NCBI GenBank assembly: GCA_024137785.1 | Contig: JAHRHZ010000029.1 | Span: 11,825,812-11,889,811 of the forward strand | DNA from: Ginglymostoma cirratum | Taxonomy: Eukaryota | Length of the DNA: 64,000 nucleotides | Direction: 5' to 3' | Shown here: piece by piece, positions 10,375 to 23,374 of the stretch | How positions within the stretch are numbered: the stretch's first letter is position 1 | How the letters are laid out: the number at the start of each line of letters is the position of its first letter | Program-made: the position numbers and the translations under genes | Notes under the pieces: generated by a model | Seen by the model: only the letters and a program-made list of their open reading frames with translations | Database searches by the model: none | What the model was told of the DNA's origin: nothing

Positions 10375-11283
10375 AAATCCAGGAGGGGAGTGTGGACCGT
10401 GACTCCCTTGTCCGCTCCACACTCCCCTCCAGCCCCACCACATCCGGCACTTTTCCCTGCAACCGCAGGAGGTGCTACACCTGCCCCTACGCCTCCCCCG
10501 TCACCCCCATCCCAGGCCCCAAGAAGACTTTCCACATCAAGCAGATGTTTACCCGCACGTCTGCTAATGTGGTATACTGCATCCACTGTTCCAGATGTGG
10601 CCTCCTCTACATCGGGGAAACCAAGCGGAGGCTTGGGGACCGCTTTGCAGAACACCTACGCTTGGTTCGCACTAAACAACTGCACCTCCCAGTCACGAAC
10701 CATTTCACCTTCCCCTCCCACTTCTTAGACGACATGTCCATCCTGGGCCTCCTGCAGTGCCACAACGATGCCACCAGAAGATTGCAGGAACAGCACCTCA
10801 TATTTTGCTTGGGAACCCTGCAGCCCAATGGTATCAATGTGGACTTCACAAGCTTCAAAATCTCCCCTCCCCCAACCACATCCCAAAACCAGCTCAGCTT
10901 GTCCCTGCCTCCCTAACCTGTCCTTCCTCCCACCTATCCCCTCCTCCCATCTCAAGCCCCGCCCCCATCTCCTACCTACTAACCTCATCCCGCCCCCTTG
11001 ACCTGTCCGTCCTCCCTGGACTGACCTATCCCCTCCCTAACTCCCCATCTACACTCACCTTTACTGGCTCCATCCCCGCCTCTTTGACCTGTCTGTCTCA
11101 TCTCCACCTATCTTCTCCTCTATCCATCTTCTGTCCGCTTCTCCCTCTCTCCCTATTTATTTCAGAACCCCCTTCCCCTCCCCCATTTCTGAAGAAGTGT
11201 CTAGGCCTGAAACGTCAGCCTTCCTGCTCCTCTGATGCTGCTTGGCCTGCTGTGTTCATCCAGTTCTACACCTTGTCATATCA
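10375..11283 (+). mobile_element. 5'-truncated Penelope-like element (family A): GIY-YIG ORF, C-rich 3' region and pLTR with hammerhead motif
   Basis: ORF 10392-10916: GTFPCNRRRCYTC..SANVVYCIHCSRCGLLYIGETKRRLGDRFAEH..EQHLIF.LGTLQPNGIN. CTGAAGA at 11189-11195 and GAAACGTC at 11209-11216. Confidence 0.92.
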
Positions 11284-12587
11284 AATATTCCCAGTGTTTT
11301 CTTTGTATCCCCTGTCCATCTGTTCTTACCTTGGTGGCAACTTTACCAGTGTAGTAGCTGACAACCCAATAGCTGTTGCCCATTTACATTATTGTTTGGA
11401 GTTCTTTTGAATTAAAAGACAGGGATGAATGTTTATTGGAACAAGTATTGATAGCTCCTGTGTTTAATCAGCTGCACTGGTGAATTCATATAAGGATTAC
11501 TGGAGACTGGAAAGGAAGTGTGAAAATTCCACAACCTAATGTACTGTGTTTACAATGGAAAGATTGTCAGTTCCTGGTCTTTGAGTACTCTGGGAAACAA
11601 TAGCACGCAGTCACCATTTGGAAGATGTGCTAGTCAGGAAATGTTACATTTCACCTCTCACATATTAATTCTGCCTATTCTTCTCACATTCCATTCTCTC
11701 CTGGAGATTGTGACTTCACACTGGGATTAATACTTGTTGAACTGGAATCCTTCACCGGTTGGTCATTATTTATATGCTGGAGGCTATACATTGGTCTGCC
11801 ACCTATTAAATAAATTTTGATTGGCTGTGTTTTTTTTATTTTTTTTAATTCGTGCTACATGTAGGGCCAGTGAGTGATTCTATTGACTAGGGCTGAACGA
11901 GGAAAACAAGGAGAATCTTTTGGTTTCATTTCCTGGTCATTGTTTTGGTGGAACATGTCACCCAACCTTATGTTGGATTTACATTCTATTGATCGTGAAG
12001 TATCTCTGATCTGCTTAACCAGATTGCGACATATTTTAGACCACCAGCTGAAGATGGATTGAGACTGGCTGAGAGAAAGATTATTTGTCCTTGAAACCAA
12101 TCACGTAAAGGGAGAGTTTGTGCATTGTCTACAGCCTTGAACAGCTCCTACATATCTGAGGCTGAGATGGGATGAATGGTTCTAATTTTAAAGTTGTGCT
12201 TCCTTCTTCTGGATTCCACAACCAGGAGAAAAAGATGTACTTCTTTCTATCTCCTCCATCAAACCATTTAATCACCTTAAATACCTCAATTAGATCATCC
12301 CTTAAATCATTTCATTTAAGGGAATTGAGGATGTGAAATCTCCTGTTAAGCTTTCACAGTGAAGACAAACATGTTCATCATTTGAAGCACTTGATAGGGT
12401 TTCAGCAGGCACCAAGATGATTGCTCGGGTCAATCAGCACTCAGAAGGTTCTGCTGCCAACAAGACAGGATACACAAGCCAACTGAGTTATGGATGAATT
12501 GATTGCTTGCAATTTCATCTGCTTGTATTTTCTCTGCCCCTCTGGTACGCACTTGCTTTTGAATTAGGCCACCCTGTTTTCTTATTT

Positions 12588-12932
12588 TTAATTCATTCGT
12601 GGGATGAAGGCGTTCGATGGCTAGGCAGCATTTATTACCCATCCCTACTTGCCCAGAGGGCAGCCACATTGCTGTGGGTCTGGAGTCACATGTAGGCCAG
12701 ACCAGTTAAGGATGGCAGCTTCCTTCCCTAAAGGACATTAGTGAACCAGATAGGTTTTTCCCGACAATCGGCAATGGATTCATGGTCATTGTTAGATTCT
12801 TAATTCCAGATTTTTTTTAAAATTCAAATTCCTCCATCCGCAGATGCAGGATTTGAACCTGGGTCCCCAGAATTTTATGTGGGTATCTGGATTAACCGTC
12901 CAACAATAATACCACTAGGCCATTGCCTCCCC
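12588..12932 (-). mobile_element. tRNA-derived SINE (MetaSINE/SlmI-like core) with LINE-derived tail
   Basis: Minus strand gggaggcaatggcctagtggt (A box), ggttcaaatcc (B box), core tggttcactaatgtcctttagggaaggaa. Homologous copies at 23375-23738, 25095-25470 and 60592-60965. Confidence 0.8.
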
Positions 12933-13129
12933 AACTAAATTTGGTTGAGCCAGGCATGACAATCCTGGGCAAACTCAAGATCTTTATGTGGAGTCTTTAG
13001 AGTGTCCTGTAGTGCTTCCCATGACCATCATGTGAGTGCACTGCAAACTCAAGCTGTCCACAGATAACTTGCTTTGAGTATGGGTTGCTCCCGGTTTGGT
13101 TAATCCATTTTCAGCTACTCACATTTCCT

Positions 13130-13415
13130 GTTAGCATCCATTCAACCTTTACATCTCTCCTGGCTTATTGTTAGCAATCCCTTTATCTTATTCTGCTTTG
13201 TTTTTCCTCTCTCTCTCTCTTTCTGGGCACTATTTCCATCTATTTGACTCACTGTTCCACTGACACCATCTCCTGTCATCAGCATAAATATCACCACTTT
13301 CTAGAGCTTTTGGTTCTGACAAAGGGCAACTGGACTCAAAACATTAACTCTCCCCACACAGACTGCCAGAGTTGCTGGTTTTCTACAGCAATTTCTGTTC
13401 TTGTTTCAGACTGTA
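13130..13415 (+). mobile_element. Decayed Penelope-type 3' region with family B pLTR
   Basis: ttctgacaaagggcaactggactcaaaacattaactc...ctgccagag...gcaatttctgttcttgtttcag resembles 9653-9761 and 22295-22388. Confidence 0.55.
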
Positions 13416-13459
13416 CAACGGTATGACTCTTAAGTTGATTTTAAAAATAGCTACAATTG

Positions 13460-13695
13460 GTGGCTGAGCCTTTTCTGCTTGAGCTTGAAGCTTTGGAGCT
13501 CCCTCTTTGTCTTTCTCCTTCACTTTCCTCCTTTCGGGCACTCATTGAATACCTTCCTTTTTGGCTGAGTTTGTCGTCATCTCACCCAATATCTCCTTAT
13601 AAGTTATTTTCATATTCTGTTTTGTCACATCCCTGTGAAGTGCCTTGTGATGATTTACTACATTAAAAGTGTTATATAAATGTAAGTAATTATTG
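13460..13695 (+). mobile_element. L2 LINE 3' end
   Basis: L2-type tail cctgtgaagtgccttg...tttactacattaaaagtgttatataaatgtaagt. Confidence 0.6.
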
Positions 13696-13943
13696 TAGAG
13701 AGATTTGCTGCATTCCTTAGCTTGGTGCTAATATGGTTTGGGAGTGTATGGCCAGGGAACTTTGCTTCCTGTGTTCTCCAGCGACCCATGGCATGGAACT
13801 GACAGCTGTATGTTTATCCATTCCTCTAGCTCATGAGGGAAAAAGTAATCAATGAAGCAGAGTAGAGAAGTGATCTGGAAGGTTAATGAAAATATTTAGT
13901 TCTTTTACATTCCTGTATTAATCTTAAGAAAAAGTAGGTGCTA

Positions 13944-14127
13944 TGGCTGTGCTAAATTGACCATAGTATCCAGGGATGTGCGGGTTAAGTGGATTGGCCA
14001 TGGGAAATGCAGGGGTACAGGAGGATGGGTCTGGATGGGGTGCTCTTTGGAGAGTTGGTATTGACTTGATGGGCCAAATGGCCTGCTTCCACACCGTAAG
14101 GATACTGTCATTCTATGAATCTATGAT
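13944..14127 (+). mobile_element. HE1-like V-SINE, 3' half
   Basis: gctaaattgaccatagt...ggattggccatgggaaatgcagg...gggccaaatggcctgcttccacac, matching the full copies. Confidence 0.75.
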
Positions 14128-15854
14128 ATCCAGCATCCACAGTTTTCTGATTTATTTTAGAAAATCCCTACACTGCTGAGGGTAGGCGTGTTAGCGGTTA
14201 CTCTCATCTGGATTTGCCCACCTGTCAAAGTGGTTTATAGGGATCGGCTACAGTCCTATGTTAACATTTACATGGAGTAACAGGCGGGAATTGGTTGAAA
14301 GTGAGGGCCAGTACAGCGAGATCCAAAGAGTAGAGAAGCCTACCTAAGTGAGGTGCTACCCTTTCCTTACACCATGACACCCTATGCTATGTGATACTTT
14401 ATCAAAGGACTTTAGCCTATCACAGTATTTTACATGTACTTATTAGGCTTATCTGATCTTTCTGATACTAATTTACATAGTTAATTAAAGTTGGTCAAGT
14501 GTGACCTCCTTGTGGAAATTGTGCAAACTGCTCCACAGGCCCCTGAACTTGTTCTACGTTCCATTTTAAATACATGGGTAACAATAGTTGTCAGTCAATC
14601 CTCTGGCACTATTCCTTACTCTGATGATTGTTAATGAACAGACGTCTATGTCTCTGCTATTTCTTCTATCTCTTCTTTATAATGAGTGTATGCTGGCTAC
14701 TTGCAGGGTTGGCAGCTTTGCAGTCGCAGGGTGCCACCACCAATGGTGCACTTGGAGCACCAGGTGATGGCAGGAGCACCTTGTTGCAGCTACCAGGGGC
14801 TCCTATGCTGACCAAAGAGTATCTAGTTGTGAAGGCACCTGCCCAAAGTCCACTTTAAAAATGCCAGGATGCCTTGCCAAAAGGCAGAGGGCCTGTCTGC
14901 TGTTGGTGGAAAAGCCAGTGGCAGTAGGAAGAGGTTCTTAATCGACCACTGAATTTGCTCAATTGACTTCTGTGCATGTGGGTTGTTCTTCAACTCTACA
15001 CTACAGTGTAATGGAATGGCTACCTTGAAGACATTGGTCACCTCACCCCTCTCCTTCCTTTACCACCTTATAAGCCACCTGACCAATTAGCTCATGCCCA
15101 CAGGGCTGGTAAAATCCAGGATAAGATTTTAAATGTGGCTGATATGTCAGAAGGACAAATTGGTTTAATGTATATTGAACAGTCAATACAAAGAAATCTA
15201 TTGAGTCAGGAGTTCAAGTGTTGAATTTAGTTGCGGGTAACACATTACTGGAGAAAAAAATCCAACAATGGAAATAAATGCAGTGAACGTTCACTCAAGT
15301 GAGACCTGGGAGAAGAGATTACAGACAGAAGGCAGATTTGAAAAATTTGAGACTTTCTCATGGGAACAAAGAATGTTAAAGCAAAAAGTCATTAACTTCA
15401 AAGATTGTGAAAGATATTGCAAAGATAAGTTGCTTTTTGAAAATTCAAAGTTTTTGATGCTGAAAAAGATTACTTTCTAACATAAATATAGTGGTTCAAA
15501 ACCAATTATTGGAAAAAAATGTACAAAACAACTTTGAATTAAGAATGGAGAATACTGAAGATTCTTTTCTAGGTTGACAAATTGTTAACAAGGGAGCCTA
15601 CATTTAAGATTGTCAATATTAAAATAAGGGGAAGGGTAAAGATTATTTGTCCAGACATGATGTTATTCAAACATAGAATACTTTATCATAAGTGGCTATT
15701 GAAACGGAGAGACTGGGCTGAACTTTACTTTTTTGGCCAAATCCATGTTGCATTGGGTCTTTTTGGAGAGCTTATCACCATGTGGCCTAGCGAATTCTCT
15801 TGACGTATCTTGAAATGTTATCCTTATCGTTATCCTTGGCAATCCTTATCAGAA

Positions 15855-16260
15855 GGATGTGAGACATTGCAGAGGAGATTCACCAAGATCTTGCCTGGGA
15901 TGAAAAGTCTCAGTTATGAGGTGGGGCTGGATAGTCTGGGTTTGTTTTCCTTGGAGCAGAGGAGGCTGAGAGGCATAGGCAGGGTAGATCGTGAAAACCC
16001 CCATGGCAGAGGATATAAATTTAAGGTGAGGAGTGAGGTTTAGAGAGAAATGGTAGAAGTCTGCGACATGGTACCTGAGAGGGTGGAGAAGGTAGGTACT
16101 GTGGCAACACTTAAGAAGCACTTAGACGAGTACTTAAAAACCAGGTCAAAGTGGGCAATGTTCCAATTGCAGGTTAGTATGATTAACATAGTTTGGTGTT
16201 TGTTGATTGGCATAGAGATGGTGGGCCAAAGAACCTGTTTCTATGCTATATGACTCTATC
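15855..16260 (+). mobile_element. CR1 LINE 3' end
   Basis: LQRRFTKILPGMKSLSYE..LGLFSLEQRRLRG (ORF 15810-16043), TLKKHLDEYL, and a ctatatgactctat tail. Confidence 0.85.
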
Positions 16261-16284
16261 ATTAATTCCCTACCCTGCCCCTGT

Positions 16285-16490
16285 GTCATCTCTCGTGGTT
16301 TGATTTGGGATTCATCTTACCACGCACCATTCCTTGCAATGCAGAGAGATGCAGGTTCAGTTTCCATACCACCTGAGGTTACCATGCAGGTCCTGCCTTC
16401 TCAACCTCATCCCTTGCCTTAGGTGTGTGACCCTCTGGTTAAACCATCACCAGTCACCCCTAATGAGAGAATGTGGTGACTTTACATTAC
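16285..16490 (+). mobile_element. tRNA-derived SINE of another family, decayed
   Basis: B-box-like ggttcagtttcc followed by ctgaggttaccatg...accctctggttaaaccatcaccagtc. Confidence 0.45.
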
Positions 16491-16619
16491 CCAGAACCAT
16501 CTTTTACTTAGTGGATGTCCTCGAATTAACTGTCGTCCTTTGTATGAACTCAATCTTTAAAAGTGCCCCCAGAAAAGCTTTGTCAGTCCAGAGCTGCTGT
16601 GCACAGTTCCTGGCATTTT

Positions 16620-16900
16620 CTTAGACATAGCAGACAGAGGGAAATTGACACCTTACTTTGCGAGCAGTGTCCTGGAGCTCCTGGTGGATCGGATGGTGCA
16701 GAGGTGAGACGGCCTCTTTCCCAAGAAGGTCACAACACCAAACCATGCCAGCCTGGTGCAAGGTTGCCACCGAGGTTAAAGCAGTCCCAGTCACCTGAAG
16801 GAATATACAGTGTTGTATGAAGATACATCAAGACAGGTGGTGGGCTGCCTGACATTCATCTCCTCACTCCTTATGAAGAGAGGATCCTGACTCTGACTGC
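16620..16900 (+). pseudogene. Fossil of a PIF/Harbinger Myb/SANT-like DNA-binding gene
   Basis: Frames read RGKLTPYFASSVLELLVDRMVQR*DGLFP..PAWCKVATEV and TGGGLPDIHLLTPYEERIL, typical of the Harbinger Myb-like protein; stops and frameshifts present. Confidence 0.6.
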
Positions 16901-17499
16901 TGCTAGTGGTTGAGTGACCATTTTCAAGACCATGGACTTCTAGCAAAGATTGCCCTTAACCTACGTACTGGGCCTCCCTGACCAAATGCTCTTCCCCTTC
17001 ACTTGACTGATGTCTCCTAACACCACGGCAAGCTCCTTCATGTCTACACTAAAAGCCAAGGAAATGCAGAGGTAATTTCAGCCAGGTATCGTTGGGTGAG
17101 GGTGCAAAATGCAAAAGGGGAAGGCCGTGCAATACACTGCAGGGATGCTGTGAGTATCCACATAGCTCAGAGAGAGTGAGCGCTATGACAGCACTCAAAG
17201 AGCCCAAGATGCAGCTAGATGCAGTCCGTGGGCTGAGTGCGTGTCTTTGAACTCACAAGATTCTTGCCTTGGCATTGCAGTAACAGCTGCTGGTACAGCC
17301 TGAGGTGCAGCACTGAAGCTGTCTGTAAATCGAACAGAGATTTTCCATGAGCGTTCTTAGAGGCTGGCACATGTTGGATGCCAGTGCCCATGGACATGTG
17401 GTGCTTGTGGTTGCTGCCAATGCAGCATGCCCTGAGATGTTGGTGCTAGGTGTCCAACATGGAGGTCTTTTGGAGCAAGCAACCAGTTGAAGTCATAGT

Positions 17500-17692
17500 C
17501 ATAGATTTGTAGAGTCATATGGCATAGAAACAGAACCTTTGGTCTGACCAGTCCATGCCAACCATAATCCCAAACTAAACTAATCCCTCCTGCCAGGGCT
17601 TGGCCCAAATCCTTCCTGCCAGGGCTTGGCCCAAATCCCTCCTGCCAGGGCTTGGCCCAAATCCATCCAAACATTTTTTATTCATATACTTA
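17500..17692 (-). mobile_element. CR1 3' tail containing a 3x26-bp tandem expansion
   Basis: agagtcatatggcatagaaacagaaccttt tail; cctgccagggcttggcccaaatcc at 17589, 17615 and 17641. Confidence 0.75.
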
Positions 17693-18613
17693 TTGTTATA
17701 AAGCAGAGGTTAACTCCCCTCTGAGAACTAACACCGAATCACCCAAAGCAAGCGCCTCACCCTATAAGCTGTTAAAAAGGAGTGTGAAAAGTGGTGTAAC
17801 CTGCCTCTCAGCAACTTCGAGTGATTAAATAAAATTAACCCCTGACACTCACTTATCAACAAGTAGCAATTTATTTATCTAGCTCTAACAGTGAGCAAAT
17901 TAACTAAATTATTAACAAACAAAATAAACCCCTTCTAACTACTAACTATTCCTGAACAAAACAAGACTCTAACGGTATGCTGTTCCAATAAATACAGGTC
18001 CCACTATATATTTAAAAAAGGCATAGAATTCAGTCTCTCAAAATTACAGCCAGGTTACTTGTCTTCCAGAATGTTCTGTACCTTCTCTATTGAATATTCT
18101 GGCAGGAACACCTTCTCCGTTGAAGGTTCCATCAGGAATATTAACTATTTTTGCCGTAGGTACCTTTGCTTCGTGCTTTCTCAAAGACAGAGGAATCTGT
18201 AAGAGCCAGCGATTCTCTCTTGAGAGCTGTTAACTCCAACAGATGGCAGTTTGCATTCCGGTCTTTGTCCAAGTGCCCCTTCTTTTCTCCCCTTGATGAC
18301 ATATCAATATTTCTTACAATAGGATTGGTCCTATATTGCCTGTACCATCAAATTTAAACATTTGGTTTTTGGAATCTAAGTGCCTGGTCAAATGAATTGG
18401 GTAAATTTAAAACTTGTCTTGATAACAAAACCAAACTGTTGCTTGGTCTGTGAACTGTACGGCCTTTTGACACAAATGTTTCAATTCAGATACTGTCTGT
18501 ACACCTGCAAACCCACAAGCTGCTGCCCACAGACATCCTTTTTGAATCTCTAAACATAGAAAAAGCACATCATCTTTTAAAGGGACTAGGCAGTGCTTTC
18601 CCCATTATGTACA
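17693..18613 (-). mobile_element. Probable solo LTR
   Basis: TG...CA ends (tgttata...tgtaca), AATAAA on the minus strand, and shared motifs (attggaacag, ttagtagtta) with the LTR-like unit at 46186-47798. No TSD seen. Confidence 0.4.
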
Positions 18614-18643
18614 TGGCATAATGAATTTCTTCATTTAGATAGA

Positions 18644-18724
18644 TGCTGACAGATCTGCTGAGCTTTTCCAGCAACTTTTGTTTTTGTTCCTGATTTACAG
18701 CATCCGCAGTTCTTTCGGTTTTAA
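18644..18724 (+). mobile_element. Family B pLTR 3' fragment with 9-bp TSD
   Basis: ttagataga at 18635-18643 and 18725-18733; interior matches 22345-22388. Confidence 0.75.
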
Positions 18725-21689
18725 TTAGATAGAAAACTGAATATTAATAAGGTGAGTTGGGCTGCCAACAAGTTGTTTAGCAAGCATTAAACCCCTCTAA
18801 TTGGCAACTCAGCATTGTCTGATTCTGTCACAAATGTTACCAGAATGCGCGTCACTCCCACTCCTATAAGACTCTGACCAATAATAGAATTTATAAGGAG
18901 TGGAATAAATACTTCCTAAACAATATTAAAAAGAGCAAGAGAGAGGAACAACAGAATTGGATTACATTAAATAGAACCACGTGAAAAAAACTGGCTTCAA
19001 AACAGATCTTGCTGTGAAATGCGTAATCTGCACCTTTTAAGTATTGTATTTCAATTTACTTTGCTGGATTATCTCTGCATTTTGCAACTAATCCTGGCCT
19101 TTTAAGAATTATTCAGCTCTGGTTTTCAAGTCATTGAGGTAACAGTGTGATGATACGGTTTGAGAGCAGTGAATATGGTAAGTTTGGATTCAATGTATGT
19201 ATGTTTTAGTGAGTTATCAATTAGTTCAATCCAAATTAGCGTCATGCAAGCGTATGCAAACTGCTGTCACAGCCGTCACCCCTTCCGATCATACAACCCC
19301 AAACCTGAAAGAAGTGCCTGTGTGAATAATTGGGTTCCCATTGTCTTTTCATTTACATTATGCTCGGTTGTGATATTGAATATATATTACATGCTACACT
19401 GCCAGATTCATTTGATAAATATGAAAAATGCCATTGTTCACAACCACGAGAGACTGAGTCATCATAAGTCATCTTCATAAGTGAAGCAGATTGAGGAATA
19501 CATCTCTGCCTGCGCATCACTCGTTACTATTCCACTATAAGTATAGATGGATAATCTTGTTTCATTGTTCTGTTAGTGCACTGTACAATGTGTTCAAGAA
19601 ATTTTAGGATATTTCTGTTGTTTGTATTCCATCATTCTTGTGGCAGTGTTGTGGATGTATACTGGTTTTTCAATTGACTTTGCAGTGGACTAGGGCCTCT
19701 GTAATTTTCATATCTATTATTATTATTGGTTACCCGGATGACCGACACGTGAAAATCCATCACAGTGCTTAAGAATCTCTGAATGAAACCATTGAGAAAC
19801 CCTGTAGATGTCCTATTTGGGGTATACTCCCACCACATAACTATAAATTAGCTCTAGTGCTCCAGGTTCCATTTTTGAGCCATATGCCTAGTTAGTTGTC
19901 AGCAGTACCTTGGAGTGTTGCAGCTTTTTGGTTGTGATATTAGATACTGTATCTGCCACAGAGTGTTAACATGGTCCTCTTGTTGCAGAACGAAACATGT
20001 GTCATTTTAGAATCAGCTTGATCCCAAAGAAACTCTGCTTTCCTCTTCATCGAGGGGAATGTTCACTGGCTGGTTTTTATAGGCAGCCTCATCTTTGCAG
20101 AGAATCATCACAGGTTTGTTGACAGCAAGTCCCAGGAAATTGAAACTGCGGGGCAGAAATCCCACAGTGAGATAATGCAGCCAATCTGCAAAATGTTACA
20201 GACTTCCGAGGAGTGTGTTGGCTTCAAGCTGACTTCCTTCTGGGGGCGGAGGCAGAGAGGGATGTTGATGAGCCAGGCACCCCCACAAAAATTTCTGAAG
20301 TCTAGAAAATCTCCACGAGCAATGCCAAAATTATTTTATCCCTTGTGAATGAGGTTTGAAATGTCTGTGCAAATCTATATCATGTTTCACCACCACCTTC
20401 ATGCCCCAAGTACTGATATCCATCAAGAATTGACTTCCAGTCAATACCTTAGAGACATCTTCCCAAGTCATGCAAAACCATGATGCTACATTTGGGAACA
20501 CTCACTTCATAGGGCATCCCACTGAGTCATCTATTGTTCAATATGATGGATGAGTCACAGATCCCCGAGTGCACCAGATAACAGCACAACAGCTTTTATG
20601 AAAAGGGACACTGCAAAGCTCTCAGAAATGAGTGGAGTAGATACTTGAGGTTTATTCCTTTGTTCCTTGTGATCACATATTGCTCACAAATGGGTCAGAT
20701 AGAATAGATAGGAGTGGACAGCTTGTTTCAATCATCTTGTGTCAATATGTTATGTATATGTTAATATTTGTAATGGAGCAACAGTAGCAGTTGACCTAAT
20801 AGTCTTTTCTGCATCTAAAAGCAATACATTGCATGTGAAACATTTAAATGCTTCTAATCAGATATTAATATAAATGCAAACTTTGTCTATCTTTTATATT
20901 TATGATGTTGCAGTGTAGGCCACACAATAACAGAATATAATACAAATGGGGATAACATAGAACAATGAATGCAAATGATTTTAGTTTGTTGGTATTCATA
21001 TCACTGATTCATAATCAGTACGAGGCTTTGAGGCATCAGGTTGAGAAGAGCAGTAAGAAGATGCAATGCTAGCAATGCAAAAAGTGGACAAAATATGTTC
21101 CCCAAACGCAACAGTAAAAGGCTTTGGTATACTGAAGAAGCAAACAGCTATATTGGACTATAACATTAATTTAAATTCAGTATTATCTAAAATTGCAGTT
21201 GGCTGTGAAAGGTCTACCACCAATATGAACAAAATGTGACATCATCTTCCAAATGTAATGCTATGCTTGGCTGGATTCCTGATTTAGCTGCAAAGATGTT
21301 TACTTCATAGATTGAAGATGTTGAATTATTTGGATTTTATCTTGCAGGATTACCTGGGGTAAATATGTAAGTGTTGCAGTGTAGCTTTAGGCTATTATCA
21401 CATCCAAATTCAAGAAAGTGCATTTACCATGATATTAGGAGTTATGGACAACTCTCATGTTTGTGAATTTCCTGCCATTTAGTAAGACCTAAAGGAGATA
21501 CATGTTACATTTGTCCCCATTTTTTATTCTGCTTGAAGCCAAACGTTGCAAATATTCAGCCTTGCAAAACACTTGGTTTGCATTCTTGTCATTGGCAGAT
21601 GCACAAGGGATAAATTTGGACATTACAGAATTACCTGTAAGTAAGCTATGTTTTCAAGCAAAGAAGTCCAATTATTTTCAGAATGAAAA

Positions 21690-23365
21690 CGTGTAACAAT
21701 TTTGGAGGAGCAAAGAGATGTACTCAAAATACTACAATCCAGTACACACAGACAAAAGGGCTGATGGAGTATTGGCAGTTATCCCAAAGCGATTCGATTG
21801 GAAAGGGGAGGAAATTGCACCAAAGGGATAAAGGTATAGCACACATATACAGAAAACTGCATTTTAAAAAAGGAGAGTTACATGTCAAGTAACTATGGAC
21901 CAGTCAGTTTAACACCAGTGGTAGGAAAAATAATAGTGTCCCTAATAAAGAAGAAAGTAGAAAATATATCCATAAACCAAAAATATAATAGTTGTTAGCC
22001 TGCATGGATTTCAAAAGGGAAACTCTTGCTTGACCAAGCTCGTTGCATTCTTTGTTGCAGTAATAGAGAGGGTCGGTAAGGGTAATGTAGAAAATGCGGT
22101 TTACCTAGATTTCGAAATAACCTATAATATGGTGTTACATAGTAGATTAATTAATAAAGCCACAGTATGTCAAATCAGGAGACAAGTCACAGAATGAATA
22201 ATTAATTAAAAGATGAAAGAACTGCAGATGCTGCTAATTAGGAACAAAAACAGAAGTTGCTAGAAAAGCTCAGCAGGTCTGGCAGCATCAGTTCCGAGCA
22301 AGGGTCACCAAAACCAAAATGTTATCTCTGATTTCTCTTCACAGATGCTGCCAGACCTGCTGAGCTTTTCCAGCAACTTCTGTTTTTGAAAATGAATATT
22401 TAGTTGGTTGCAGGACGAAAGGTTGCTGCTCAGTGGTAGAAGGTTAAAAAAAAAGTTCCATCGGGATCGGTGCTGGGTCTAGTGTTGTTTAAAAATTACA
22501 TCAAATATACAATATATGTATTTGCAAAAAAAACCTCCAAATTACTAAAAGGAAGTGGTGGGATTTATTTGAGGAAAACATCAGTGATTGACAAGAAAAT
22601 ATCAATAATCTTGTAGAATTGGCATATAATTGGTAAGTGAATTTCAACATATGTATGATGTGCTACATTTTGTTGAAAAATTATTTTTCCTCCTATATAA
22701 AATTAACTTTTCATCTACCAAGATCATCTGCAAAATACAGAATTCACATCAACAATTTCCATTACACATCACACATAAAAAGAACAAGAAGTTAAAAAAA
22801 AGTATTAAAAATGGTTGACAAACTTGTACAGAATGATGGATAGACCACATTTGGAGTCCTATGTTCATTTCTGGTCACCATATTATAAGAAGCATGTGAA
22901 GGCGACGGAATGAGTGCAAGAAAAAAATTACAAAGATAATATAAATTTCTGAGATTATCACAAACAGGAAAGGATAGTCAAGCTGGGTCTCTTTTCTCTG
23001 GTAAAGAGAAGGCTGATGGAGGACCTAAGACAGACAGACAGACAGAAGCACACACATGCATTCACCCTCACATACATGCACACCCACAAAGTGCCAGACT
23101 AGAAGCAACCAATTTAAAATTGTCAGCAAAAAATCAATTTGGGAATTCAGGAGAAACATCCTTACCTGGAGGGTGGTGGAATTTGCCACAGAGGTCAACA
23201 ATGTATGTGCATGTAAGGGAAGGTAAGATAAGGAAATGAAGAAGAGAATAGAGATATGTGCTGACAATTATGTAGGGAAGGGTGAGAGAAGTTTCATTGG
23301 AGAATACATGCCAGCATAGACTGGTTAGCCCAAATAGTCAGTTTCTATTCTCTCTGTTATATTCA
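21690..23365 (+). mobile_element. Highly decayed CR1 ORF2 (RT to 3' end)
   Basis: FKKGE..NYGPVSLTPVVGK, HGFQKGNSCLT, VYLDF, GSVLG and RPHLE..V.FWSPYYKK remnants with many stops. Confidence 0.8.
22208..22390. mobile_element. Palindromic family B pLTR unit nested in CR1
   Basis: aaaaacagaagttgctagaaaagctcagcaggtctggcagcatc is inverted against gatgctgccagacctgctgagcttttccagcaacttctgttttt; degenerate TSD aatgaataattaatt / aatgaatatttagtt. Confidence 0.8.
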
Positions 23366-23374
23366 ATTGTTCAA

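Noticed and set aside
10757-11410. 217-aa Pro/Ser/Leu-rich ORF
   Set aside because: Off-frame read-through of the C-rich Penelope 3' region and pLTR.
20400-20660. Possible RTE LINE C-terminal remnant (MDESQIP-like)
   Set aside because: Similarity is too weak to support without a search.
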